A model generated the notes under the pieces. The model did no database searches. It saw only the letters and a list, made by a program, of their open reading frames with translations, and was not told where the DNA came from. A stretch of 42,163 bases of DNA, from the NCBI GenBank assembly GCA_002269645.1, contig NIVC01000375.1:1-42163 (forward strand), read 5' to 3'. Shown in pieces: positions 23,217 to 41,429 of the stretch; positions within the stretch are counted from its first letter, which is position 1; every line of letters starts with the position of its first letter. The DNA comes from Macrostomum lignano (Eukaryota). Both the position numbers and the translations under genes were made by a program.

Positions 23217-24381
23217 ACTTTAGTTTGTTCAACACTTCTCCCATTCCAATTTCGATCATGTTATCTTTAATAGATGTTTCAACTTAATTTTATCTACTCT
23301 TCCTTAAATAACCTGACCTAGAATGTCAACGTTTTTTAATGTGAAGGTACTTTTGTTTTGGTACTGTTGTTACGGTGGCAGTTGATTTTGCTTCTTAGCT
23401 ATTGTTAGTCGTCTGGCATTTCTTATACCTATTTTTCCCAGCTTGGCAGTTTCTCATTTTCATGTCTTTATATTGCTACTAATCAGTAAGTAGTTGCGAC
23501 TCTTATTTGCGCCAAGTGTAATGCTAAAAATATGAATAAATTAATAGTAGTAAATAATTAAGTTATAAGGTATCAAAAGTTTCGGAATTAAAAAGCAACA
23601 TTTAGTTCAGTAATGGCGCATTTATTAATTTTTTATTAGTCATAACGATTTATTTTGTTCCTTAACTTGTCTATTAAATAAGAGAGCCAAAAACTGTAAT
23701 GCACGAGTATATTGCACATGTACTTTAATTAGTGGCCTTGTTTGAAAATTTACCGTCTAACAATTTAATAAAAATTGAAAAAAATTCCAAAAACGTTTTG
23801 GTTTTTATTATCATCTATCGTCTATCTACTTATGGTAAGGAAATTGGGGTTTTCGTTGCCTTATTAATTTCTTTCTGACAATGCATCGCCTCATGATTAT
23901 TTTGAATTTTGAAATAAAAAATAAGACAAAACTGTAAAATGGTAATGTCTCCATATCCACTCTCCATATCCCATCTCATCTTTGATGCAGACTTCTCTAT
24001 CTGCTCTAAACCCTTCAAAAGCAGCCACGCCCCTTGGCTGACAGGAAAACCCGCCAAAAAGAGCTGCAAATGAAGCTGATTAACAATTCAGTTCATGGCT
24101 CATTGACTGGCTCACGGGCACCTTAGTCATGCCTTAGTCATGGCGTGCCTGTCTGTAGCTCGAACTCGTCTTGGTTAAATGTACTTTTCTGGCTCACTTC
24201 AAAAAGGATTGAGCATCTTTTAGTTGGAGGCAGGAGGCTGTGAGCACCCTGGCGCACTTTAAGCGACATTGTCACACAACCGGCGAGAGGCATTGCTGCC
24301 ATTAGATGTCATTCCGCACAGGCACACACTCACACAGGAGTACAGCGGCCCTAACTTTATTTATTGCTAAGCATGTACACT

Positions 24382-24570
24382 TCACTGCGCCTTGGGGTTG
24401 GCCCTCAAGCTGGGCGTTAATTGCACGAGCAGAGCCAAGCCGAGATTCCAATTCAGCCCCAAATTAATGCGACTGCACTTGGAATCGAGCCTGGGCCGCT
24501 GGCACATCAGAGCGCCGCACCAGACCACTAGGATAGAGAAAGTGATAGAAGCTTTCTGCTTCAAGTCAAC
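24382..24570 (-). other. Candidate terminal coding exon of a small unannotated gene (62 aa, no own ATG before the hydrophobic stretch)
   Basis: GC-rich island. Acceptor-like TAATTTCTGACAG ends at 24571, one open frame (VDLKQKASITFSILVVWCGALMC...) runs to TGA, and AATAAATAAA lies 17 nt after the stop. No recognised homology. Confidence 0.3.
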
Positions 24571-24619
24571 CTGTCAGAAATTAAAATATTTTTTTCCTAT
24601 TCCCCTTTATTAACTTTTG

Positions 24620-24950
24620 GTGTCTGTCAGAGGTTTCAAGTGTCAGGAGCGCAATTTTTAGGTGTCCGTGTCATTTTTGGCGTCAGGATCGATACACAGT
24701 CTTGAGGGTCAGGTTTAGGTGTCAGGAGAATCAGGTCTAGGTGTCAGGATGGTCAGATTTAGGTGTCAGGAGTGTCAGGAGGGTCAGATTTAGGTGTCGG
24801 GAGTGTAAGATTTACAGTACGTGTCAGGAGGGTCAGATTTTGGTGTCAGCAGGCTCAGATTTAGGTGTCAGCAGGGTCAGGTTTAGTTGTCAGGAGGGTC
24901 AAGTTTTTCGGTACAGTATCCAGAGTGCTTGTTTTTGTTGTCAGGATGGT
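24620..24950. repeat. Old degenerate array of GGTGTCAGGA / GGTCAGATTTA words
   Basis: Recurrent TCAGATTTAGGTGTCAGGAG-like units with heavy divergence. Confidence 0.7.
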
Positions 24951-25254
24951 TTAGCGGGCACTGCAGCACAGGAAATTAAAGACTCGAACAAAACTTCCGC
25001 TAACAGGAAACAGTCTCCAATTTTATAATTCTACATATGAAGATACATTTACGAGCGTACATGCTGGAGAACACGCCAGTGTCCACGCAGAAACCCTCGT
25101 CGCTTAGCCAATGAAATTCCAAGCTAGCAGGCCATACAAATACAGTAGTATCTATGTCAACTGCTTTTTTTCAAGTTCTTTTAGCGAAAATTTACGGTAA
25201 ATTTGCAAAAAAAATCAATCGCTGCATAAATTTTCAGTTGCATAGGTTGCATAG

Positions 25255-26676
25255 GTAAGTGAAACCATGTTTGAGTCTCTGTTTGCATATAAGCATAGCA
25301 CAACACAAGCAAAGTCAGATTCATATGCAATAACACAACAGTCTCGTGGCTCAAGGTCGTTTTGGAAGATTTCGACTAGCCATTGACCATTAATTTATAG
25401 AGTCGGGACAGCGTCTTCTTTCTTGATAGGGAATCCACGCGGCATGTGCGTGATAGGTTTATTTAAGGTTAAATCATCACATTGCGTCCATTTTTTATTT
25501 ATTTTATTTATTTTATTTATTTTTAAGGTGTCCAAGCATCCCTTTGTGTGGAATCGATCATCAGTTGGTCAGGAATCGATCATCAGTTGGGTCAGGAATC
25601 GATCATCAGTTGGTCAGGAATCGATCATCAGTTGGTCAGGAATCGATCATCAGTTGGTCAGGAATCGATCATCAGTTGGGTCAGGAATCGATCATCAGTT
25701 GGGTCAGGAATCGATCATCAGTTGGGTCAGGAATCGATCATCAGTTGGTCAGGAATCGATCATCAGTTGGGTCAGGAATCGATCATCAGTTGGGTCAGGA
25801 ATCGATCATCAGTTGGTCAGGAATCGATCATCAGTTGGGAGGAATCGATCATCAGTTGGGTCAGGAATCGATCATCAGTTGGTCAGGAATCGATCATCAG
25901 TTGGGTCAGGAAGATCGATCATCAGTTGGTCAGGAATCGATCATCAGTTGGGTCAGGAATCGATCATCAGTTGGGTCAGGAATCCATCATCACTTGGTCA
26001 GGAATCGATCACCAGTTGGGTCAGGAATCGATCACCAGTTGGGTCAGGAATCGATCATCAGTTGGTCAGGAATCGATCATCAGTTGGTCAGGAATCGATC
26101 ATCAGTTGGTCAGGAATCGATCATCAGTTGGGAGGAATCGATCATCAGTTGGGTCAGGAATCGATCATTAGTTGGTCAGGAATCGATCATCAGTAGGTCA
26201 GGAATCGATCATCAGTTGGGTCAGGAATCGATCATCAGTTGGTCAGGAATCGATCATCAGTTGGGTCAGGAATCGATCATCAGTTGGTCAGGAATCGATC
26301 ATCAGTTGGGTCAGGAATCGATCATCAGTTGGTCAGGAATCGATCATCAGTTGGGTCAGGAAGATCGATCATCAGTTGGTCAGGAATCGATCATCAGTTG
26401 GGTCAGGAATCGATCATCAGTTGGGTCAGGAATCCATCATCACTTGGTCAGGAATCGATCACCAGTTGGGTCAGGAATCGATCACCAGTTGGGTCAGGAA
26501 TCCATCATCACTTGGTCAGGAATCGATCATCAGTTGGTCAGGAATCGATCATCAGTTGGTCAGGAATCGATCATCAGTTGGTCAGGAATCCATCATCAGT
26601 TGGGTCAGGAATCGATCATTAGTTAGTCAGGTGGCTCATATAGCTCTTAGTTCAAAACCCACCCAAATTCCCACAG
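25255..26676 (+). other. Probable 5'-UTR intron of the GPCR gene
   Basis: Perfect donor AG|GTAAGT at 25255, C-rich acceptor CCCACAG ending 26676 (24 nt before the ATG), and a minisatellite in between like the other introns. A CCAAT box lies at about 25108. Confidence 0.5.
25551..26625. repeat. 22/23-nt minisatellite (GGTCAGGAATCGATCATCAGTT[G]), about 47 copies
   Basis: Direct reading. It gives the five overlapping artefact ORFs 25423..26720. Confidence 0.96.
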
Positions 26677-26700
26677 TTACAGATAGTCTACTTAACGACA

Positions 26701-27877
26701 ATGGAAGGCCACGCCGCTAACAATGTCTCTAACGAGGTAAACTCGACATCAGTTCGAGCTCCGATCGTTGGTCTGGCTTACGCCATCGGATTTGCGTCGC
26801 TGATCCTGGGACTCATTGGTAACTCACTGGTGGTGGCTCTATTCCACGGTAGACGCGGACTACTCAAGGAGTCTACTCAACTACTGCTGGTACTGCTGGC
26901 GATTAGCGATTCAGCTGTGCTGCTGGTGTCACTGACTAGGTAAGTGGTTGGCGGCGCTGACTTCGCCGGCACCGTTGTAAAACCAGCGCTGTACACGCAA
27001 GCACGCAGTCATACACACGCTCACAATGGGGGTGTAGCGGCTTAAATGGAAGTGAATCGAGACAGTGTGTGCAACACTCCGCAATTAACCCCGCAGATTC
27101 ATATCCGTCACAATCTACAATTTCGACATCCGCCTATTCAGCTTAGCCCTATGTCGGGGTCACACGTTTCTCACTTACATAGTAACGGATCTGTCCAGCT
27201 GGTGCCTGTGTCTGATCTACTTCGAAAGACTACAAGCTGTGCTATCACCGACGGGTATTAACCGAGTCTTCTGTCGCAGGAATGTCTTATTGGTGTACTC
27301 GGGTTTAGTTGTCGCTTCGACTAGTAAGAATGCGCCATTGCTGCTTGGCCTGGAGCTGGTAGCAGGGTACGGCAGAGTGCGGTGCATCGGTGGACAACCC
27401 GAGAACATTGACGGAATCCACATGGAAGCGTTCTATGTTAGCGACTTCTTTCTGAGGGTCGCCCTGCCAGCCCTTTTCATCTTGCTGACTAATTTAGGCG
27501 TGCTGTATCGACTGTCTCAGCTCACTAGAAGAGGCACCGTGATGAGCAATGCGCTAAGGAAAGAGTTTCGAATATTTCGAATGCTCCTGCTGGTCTCTGT
27601 GTACTTCTTGGTGTCCATGCTGCCTGGTAGGGCACTTTTTCTCCATAATTTTATCAACTCCGTGACCGGAAGTCAACGAGTGGTGCTGGACTTTGTGTAC
27701 AATCTCCTAATTATTGTAGCCTATACCAATCACGCAATTAATTTCTATTTGTATCTGGCTTCATCGGCCAGAATTCGAGCGATGCTAGTTGTCATGGTGA
27801 CCGGTGGGAGCGCCTGTTCTAGAAATAATAGAGTTACACCTATGGGCTTGGGATTAAGAAATGTCTCTGTCGGCTAG
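26701..27877 (+). CDS. Class A (rhodopsin-like) GPCR, orphan peptide-receptor-like; 2 exons: 26701-26939, 27097-27877 (339 aa)
   Basis: Phase-2 intron AG|GTAAGT...CCGCAG joins the frames. N-terminal sequons NVS and NST, TM1 GN, TM2 LAISD, TM3 Cys and FERLQAV, ECL2 Cys, TM6 SMLP, TM7 NHAINFYLY. Confidence 0.88.
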
Positions 27878-28593
27878 ACGAGTGCTCCAGAATTCTAATG
27901 AGGATTCGATCGACAGTAGCCAGGTTAATTCTGCCGAAATAATTAACAGTTTGAAATGCGATACTGCAGTTCCTGGTCCGGCGGAGATCAAAGTCAATTA
28001 AACCTCTAACAAGAGCTACTTTTCACTTTATTACACTACGTTAATTGGTCTTGCAAATAGCAGAGGAAAATGATCCAATATCGATTGTAGTGGAAGACAA
28101 CGATCTGTTTCTGATTATACATCATTCAATTGAGTACTTAATTGAACCGAAAAGCCACTTGAACTGTTGTTTGTCTCTATCCCGCTTAATTGTAGGTACA
28201 CTTGATAGTACGCTTGCCATAGACAATCAATTAGGATAATCTGCCTAAGACTTGAATGCCCTTGAACTATGTGTGGCCATAGACAGTCAAACGGGAAATC
28301 TGCTACGCTCGTTTAGCACCATAGATCTTATATATTCCGAAGAATGATGCATGCAATGCAGAGCCTACTGATGAAATTGAGTTCAGTAGTTGATTTTCGC
28401 ACTGACGCGGGATGCAACATTTTTACATTGGCTTCTATGGCCACATAAGCGGTTAATTAGTGACCCATCTTGTGTATATATATGATATTTGGTATGATCT
28501 TTGGGGGAACATGCCATGCTTTGTCCCCCACCCCATGCACCTTGTGACCCGTTATGGAAATCAATAATTTTGCTTCAAAGCGACAAAATATAG

Positions 28594-28698
28594 CGCCTGC
28601 GGCGCTAAAATGGGTGCCTGTAGCGCTAAAAATGGGTGCCTGCGGCGCTAAAATGGGTGCCTGCGGCGCTAAAATGGGTGCCTGCGGCGCTAAAATGG
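28594..28698. repeat. 21-nt repeat (GCCTGCGGCGCTAAAATGGGT), 5 copies, intergenic
   Basis: Direct reading. Confidence 0.9.
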
Positions 28699-29035
28699 TG
28701 AAAACACCTAAAGTCTAAACAACACATAAGCCTATTTACTGACTTGGCCGTCTTTTCTCTATATTAATTTCCTGCTTAACCTTAGTTGACCCTTAGCTCC
28801 GCTCATGAATTCATCCTTTATTGGCTTGTAAATTGTAAGTTCATCCCGTTTTGTTATTACTTAAAAATTCTTGAAAGTAATGAATGACATTTTTCGATAA
28901 ATGCACGTTGAAAAGAGCAAATGACAACTTGAGTTGAAGCAAGTTGCCAACTCTGTTCGAGCAGTCGTATTTCTGACCCTAGAAAATTGTAAAATGAAAA
29001 TTGTGCAAAAGTTTTCAATGTTCCAGTTTTTTTTC

Positions 29036-29653
29036 AGGTGACCCTTATCAGTCAGAAACAATTGGCACAGGTGACCCTTATCAGTCAGAAACAATTGGCA
29101 CAGGTGACCCTTATCAGTCAGAAACAATTGGCACAGGTGACTCTTATCAATCAGACACAATTGGCACAGGTGACCCTTATCAATCAGACACAATTGGCAC
29201 AGGTGACCCTTATCAGTCAGACACAATTGGCACAGGTGACCCTTATCAGTCAGACACAATTGGCACAGGTGACCCTTATCAATCAGACACAATTGGCACA
29301 GGTGACCCTTATCAATCAGACACAATTGGTACAGGTGACCCTTATCAATCAGACACAATTGGCACAGGTGACCCTTTTCAGTCAGACACAATTGGCACAG
29401 GTGACCCTTATCAATCAGACACAATTGGCACAGGTGACCCTTATCAATCAGACACAATTGGCACAGGTGACCCTTATCAATCAGACACAATTGGCACAGG
29501 TGACCCTTTTCAGTCAGACACAATTGGCACAGGTGACCCTTATCAATCAGACACAATTGGCACAGGTGACCCTTATCAATCAGACACAATTGGCACAGGT
29601 GACCCTTATCAATCAGACACAATTGGCACAGGTGACTCTTATCAATCAGACAC
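29036..29653. repeat. 33-nt minisatellite (CAGGTGACCCTTATCAATCAGACACAATTGGCA), about 19 copies
   Basis: Direct reading. It translates as GDPYQSDTIGT repeats, but three frames are open. Confidence 0.95.
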
Positions 29654-30137
29654 AGGATCAGAATTTCTCAATTTCCTTCTCGTGAAGGCTCAGTCTAAAA
29701 ATAGCTCAAATAGACGGACATATCTTGAACCGATCACATGTGCCTTGAAGGCTTATTGACATAGACATTGTCAACTCCAAGTCGAATATGACATTGTCGG
29801 CTGATTTTCCATGCAAGAATGGCATTCTTGCACTCTTTTGCGTGCAGGAATGGATGTCTATGGTAAAATCTCACTGAAAAAGCATTAGGCGCAGAAATGC
29901 ATTCCTGCACGGTTTTGTGCATTCCTGCACGATGAATCATCCGACAATGGAATTCCTTCACGTTCACTCGTGCGTGAAGGACATCGTGCACTCGTGCGCT
30001 AGCGCGCACTCGTGCAGATGTCATTCCCGCACTCGTGACCGTGCAGGAATATATCATTCTCACTGCCTCGGCTTGCAAGCAAGGGCACCGCACATGATTC
30101 ACTGTTAGAAAACTCGACATCATAAATCAGCCACCAT

Positions 30138-32065
30138 ATGGCAAGCAGGAAGTCCAGCAGTTCAGCCACTCGAGTTGGCCCGCCGCCCGTTCTTGGCAAT
30201 AAAAGTCTGCAATTTCAGCAGCAGCAACAGAGACAGCAGCAGATCGATGTTTGCCACCGACTGCTGGGCAGGCTGGGCCTGAGTCTGCCTCTGCTCAGCC
30301 CGTCTGGAGGCTGCTCTAGTGCTCAGCTCAACTGGTGCCGGTGAGTGCTTCCATGCTCTGCTCCACCCTCTGCTCCACCCTCTGCTCCACCCTCTGCTCC
30401 ACCCTCTGCTCCACCCTCTGCTCCACCCTTTGCTCCACCCTCTGCTCCACCCTCTGCTCCACCCTCTGCTCCACCCTCTGCTCCACCCTCTGCTCCACCC
30501 TCTGCTCCACCCTCTGATCCACCCTCTGCTCCACCCTCTGCTCCATCCTCTGCTCCACTCTCTGCTCCACCCTCTGCTCCACCCTCTGCTCCACCCTCTG
30601 CTCCGACCTCTGCTCCACCCTCTGCTCCACCCTCTGCTCCACCCTCTGCTCCACCCTCTGCTCCACCCTCTGCTCCATCCTCTGCTCCACTCTCTGCTCC
30701 ACCCTCTGCTCCACCCTCTGCTCCACCCTCTGATCCACCCTCTGCTCCACCCTCTGATCCACCCTCTGCTCCACCCTCTGCTCCACCCTCTGCTCCACCC
30801 TCTGCTCCACCCTCTGCTCCACCCTCTGCTCCACCCTCTGCTCCATCCTCTGCTCCACTCTCTGCTCCACTCTCTGCTCCACTCTCTGCTCCACCCTCTG
30901 CTCCACCCTCTGCTTCACCCTCTGCTCCACCCTCTGCTCCACCCTCTGCTCCACCCTCTGATCCACCCTCTGCTCCACCCTCTGCTCCACTCTCTGCTCC
31001 ACTCTCTGCTCCACTCTCTGCTCCACCCTCTGCTCCACCCTCTGCTCCACCCTCTACTCCACCCTCTGCTCCACCCTCTGCTCCACCCTATGATCCACCC
31101 TCTGCTCCACCCTCTGCTCCACCCTCTGCTCCACCCTCTGCTCCACCCTCTGCTCCACCCTCTGCTCCACCCTCTGCTCCACCCTCTGCTCCACCCTCTG
31201 CTCCACCCTCTGCTCCACCCTCTGCTCCACCCTCTGCTCCACTCTCTGCTCCACCCTCTACTCCACTCCACCTTCTACTCCATCCAACCCATCATTTATC
31301 CCCACCCTCCGCTTCAGCCAGCTGCTGGAGGCCTGCGACAAGTTCCGCCGCGACCGCGACCAGCTGACCGTCCGCCTGCAGCAGCGAGACCGACAGCTCG
31401 CCGACACGCGACGCCAACTCCAAGTGTTGCAGACTCAGCAACAGAAAGCTGGCCAAGATTCTGCAACAAAAAAGCAACAGACCAAAGTGCCCCCTACCCA
31501 GCTAAAGAGTGCAGCTAATCAGCAAGCGCGCCAGACGACTCAGCTAAAACAGTCCAATCTTCAGTTACCATGGCAACCAAAGTGCAATAAAGCGCCAAGC
31601 AACTGGCCGTCGCGCCAATCTCTCGTTGGCGTTAGCGAAGCGGCTCGACATTCGAAAATTCCGTGCCCAGTTCGATCGCCGCCAGCAAGCTTGACAAAGT
31701 CGGGGAGCAGACAGCTGCTCGCGGCCAGCTGCAACAGCTCTCCGTCGACTGTCTCCCTGACCGCCGTGACTGAACCGATTACGTTTGGATATAAAAAATT
31801 CACCACTACAAAAAGGTGAACCGAATACTTTAGATTGATAAAAATTGTTTGTTGCTTCTTCAAAGTAGTATGATAGGGTCACGACAAGTAATTTCTAATT
31901 CAAACGTAGAGAAATACAGAAATCAAGTTTTTTCTGATTCCGTTACTGAGAAAGAATGTCCGATTTGCACAAAAAATGAAGGTTTAGAGCTTGCTTCTTT
32001 GCTTGACTGATTGATTTGATTGGTTAATAAATTCGCTGATTGATAAACTAATTGAATGAATTGAC

Positions 32066-32101
<36 letters not shown>

Positions 32102-32431
32102 ATTGCACATAAAACGGTCTGTTACTCATTGCTTTAAAAAAGTTGATAAATGTTTGTATCCATTAACAGGTACAACGCTAGTCTGTTTGAGTCAGCTTCT
32201 GGAGACTCATACGCCGCCGCTTATCAAAATAGAAATCGGCAACACCAACAACGACTAGACAAACAACAATCTGAGCAGCAGCCACCGAAGCAACAAAAGC
32301 AACAGCATAGACGCAGCAGACGAAATCGGTCTCGAGGCACGGTCGACCTGGATGCCGAATCAGTGCGTCGACACTGGCGATCGAGGACCTACGACAAGCT
32401 CATCCTGGAAGATGGACGAGACAAACGTTAA
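30138..32431 (+). CDS. Uncharacterised coiled-coil protein, 3 exons: 30138-30340, 31318-31815, 32170-32431 (320 aa)
   Basis: Donors CG|GTGAGT (30341) and AG|GTGAAC (31816) and acceptors CTTCAG (31317) and TAACAG (32169) are all phase 2 and join three separate ORFs into one 963-nt frame. Heptad-like segment QLLEACDKFRRDRDQLTVRLQQRDRQLADTRRQLQVLQTQ. Confidence 0.65.
30354..31275. repeat. 12-nt minisatellite (CCACCCTCTGCT), about 76 copies, in intron 1 of the coiled-coil gene
   Basis: Direct reading. It gives the LLHP/PPSA/EQRV/WSRG artefact ORFs. Confidence 0.96.
32065..32100. repeat. (GATT)n microsatellite in intron 2 of the coiled-coil gene
   Basis: Direct reading. Confidence 0.85.
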
Positions 32432-32750
32432 AGATAAAGTCGATTTGTTCCCATCTTTTGGGCATCTACAGTAGTTCAAATTCTTACGTTAAGTTTGAGC
32501 TCGTAAGCGTCGCATCTACGAGTAGACTGGATACGCAAACTTTGGTCAATATTGTATCGATCGATAGACAGGACGAAGGAAGAAAAGCGATGGAAGTAGT
32601 AAATTTACGTACATTCGAGCTATTAACTTCTGACGCACAATCGCTGTTCAATCGGATGGGATGATTGAGTGTGCATTCACGAGTCGTACAACCTCTATCC
32701 GATGGGTTGGTAGGTTAAAGGTAGAAGAGTAGATAGACTGCACATTTGTT

Positions 32751-33097
32751 TTGGGCGCACAAGTTTCGGTGGGGTAGTGGTTGAGAGGGTCCGTTGAGTG
32801 TACATTGGCTTGTTTTATCTTTGGCGCACAAGTTTCAGTGGGGTAGAGGTTGAGAGGGTCCGTTGAGTGTACATTGGCTTGTTTTATCTTTGGCGCACAA
32901 GTTTCAGTGGGGTAGAGGTTGAGAGGGTCCGTTGAGTGTACATTGGCTTGTTTTATCTTTGGCGCACAAGTTTCAGTGGGGTAGAGGTTGAGAGGGTCCG
33001 TTGAGTGTACATTGGCTTGTTTTATCTTTGGCGCACAAGTTTCAGTGGGGTAGAGGTTGAGAGGGTCCGTTGAGTGTACATTGGCTTGTTTTATCTT
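32751..33097. repeat. 69-nt tandem repeat, 5 near-identical copies, between the convergent 3' ends of the coiled-coil and receptor genes
   Basis: TTTGGCGCAC recurs at 32820, 32889, 32958, 33027. Confidence 0.95.
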
Positions 33098-33999
33098 GAA
33101 AGCTCGGCGTAAGCGTGCACGTATACTATTAAGTTACATGCGTTTAATAAGTATATTTTGTAGTGTAATTTCTTAGTTGAAAAAAGACAACAGAAGCTAA
33201 GAGTCCAAGATTAAAAGCAATTGTTTTTTGCCTAATAAGCCTAAGGATTGCGTAGGTTGTTCTTCGATTACATATTTATTTGTATATATAGATAACAGGA
33301 AAGCTACTTTAAAGTACTCTACTAAGTTGTAAGTATTGTACAGCTAGAAAACGTGCTGTGGTATGGTTAACCGTGTTTAGTCTTTTACATTTTTTCGTAA
33401 GAACTTATTCAGAAGCTCTTCGCTTGCTCATCAATTCGAGAGAAATCTAATTGAAATTTATTTTTACAAGAAAGGATTGAAACGTATTGCATAAGCTAGC
33501 GCTATACGTTACACTCCGTGGTCTACTCGGGGTCAGGACTCAGTAGTGATCAACAAGGAATTATGACGAGTAATTTTACTCTAAAATGCGTGATTTAGCT
33601 AGTAATTAATATGTGAATAAGTGTAGCGTACAGGAGTGATTACTTAAGGACAAAATTACTTGTATTACAGTAAGGCGGAATATCTATTTTTTAAAACTTT
33701 AAGCCTTTTAAATCCTGGCAACCAAGTTTCACATTCTCATGATCTTCTGATTCTAGTGTTCATATTGGAATGTCAAGGACTACTGAAACAAGGACACGTC
33801 CTAAAAAAAGACACTACGGAAATAGGAGGTTTTCATCTTTTCAGCACAAATTTTTTTCTTGCTTTTGATAGGAGACAGACCCAATTTTCATCTTTTGATA
33901 TGATATGCATTTCTTATAGGGTCTATTGATGTTCATAAAGCTTTTTCGTTTTAAAATTAGGATTCTATGTTTGTTTTATATCTTACTTTAAAACTTCTG

Positions 34000-40837
<6,838 letters not shown>

Positions 40838-41352
40838 GATTGTCTGTATCTGTCGATATTAAAAAAATGCTAATCTATTACTATTAAGTGAGTTCGAACA
40901 AACCGAACCAAATGCTGAAATCAGTAACAGGATACGATGCTCTGGAGTCCTTATAAAGCCAATCTGATGTCTCCTTCTTGCTGACTTTGTCAGCAAAGCA
41001 CCGCACGTTACCGGCTTAACACGCGCATGCACAATAATTTATTCACTGACAGTCCACAAACTATAACAATTCTTGCCAAGTGGATTGAGGTGAATACAGG
41101 GGTGAAGGAACACGCCTTATGGTGAAGGAAGATGGGAGAGGAAGAGACCTGGGTAAGAGAAGGCTCAAGCCTGAGTAGCTCTATAAGGATAGCCTCAGAC
41201 GAGAGAGACAGTTCTCTGCTTATAATTTGAGCTGCTGTGTGCAGCGCCGCGTTCGTATTCTTTGGCCAATCAAGTGCAAAGAAGTCTTTAACAGACTATA
41301 CTGTATACCATTCATCGACTCTGCAGTCAACCAGTCTTAATCCATACGCTCT

Positions 41353-41355
<3 letters not shown>

Positions 41356-41389
<34 letters not shown>

Positions 41390-41429
41390 TCTCTCTTCTC
41401 TCTCTCTCTTCTCTCTCTCTCTCTCTCTC
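41356..41429. repeat. (CT)n microsatellite
   Basis: Direct reading. Confidence 0.9.
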
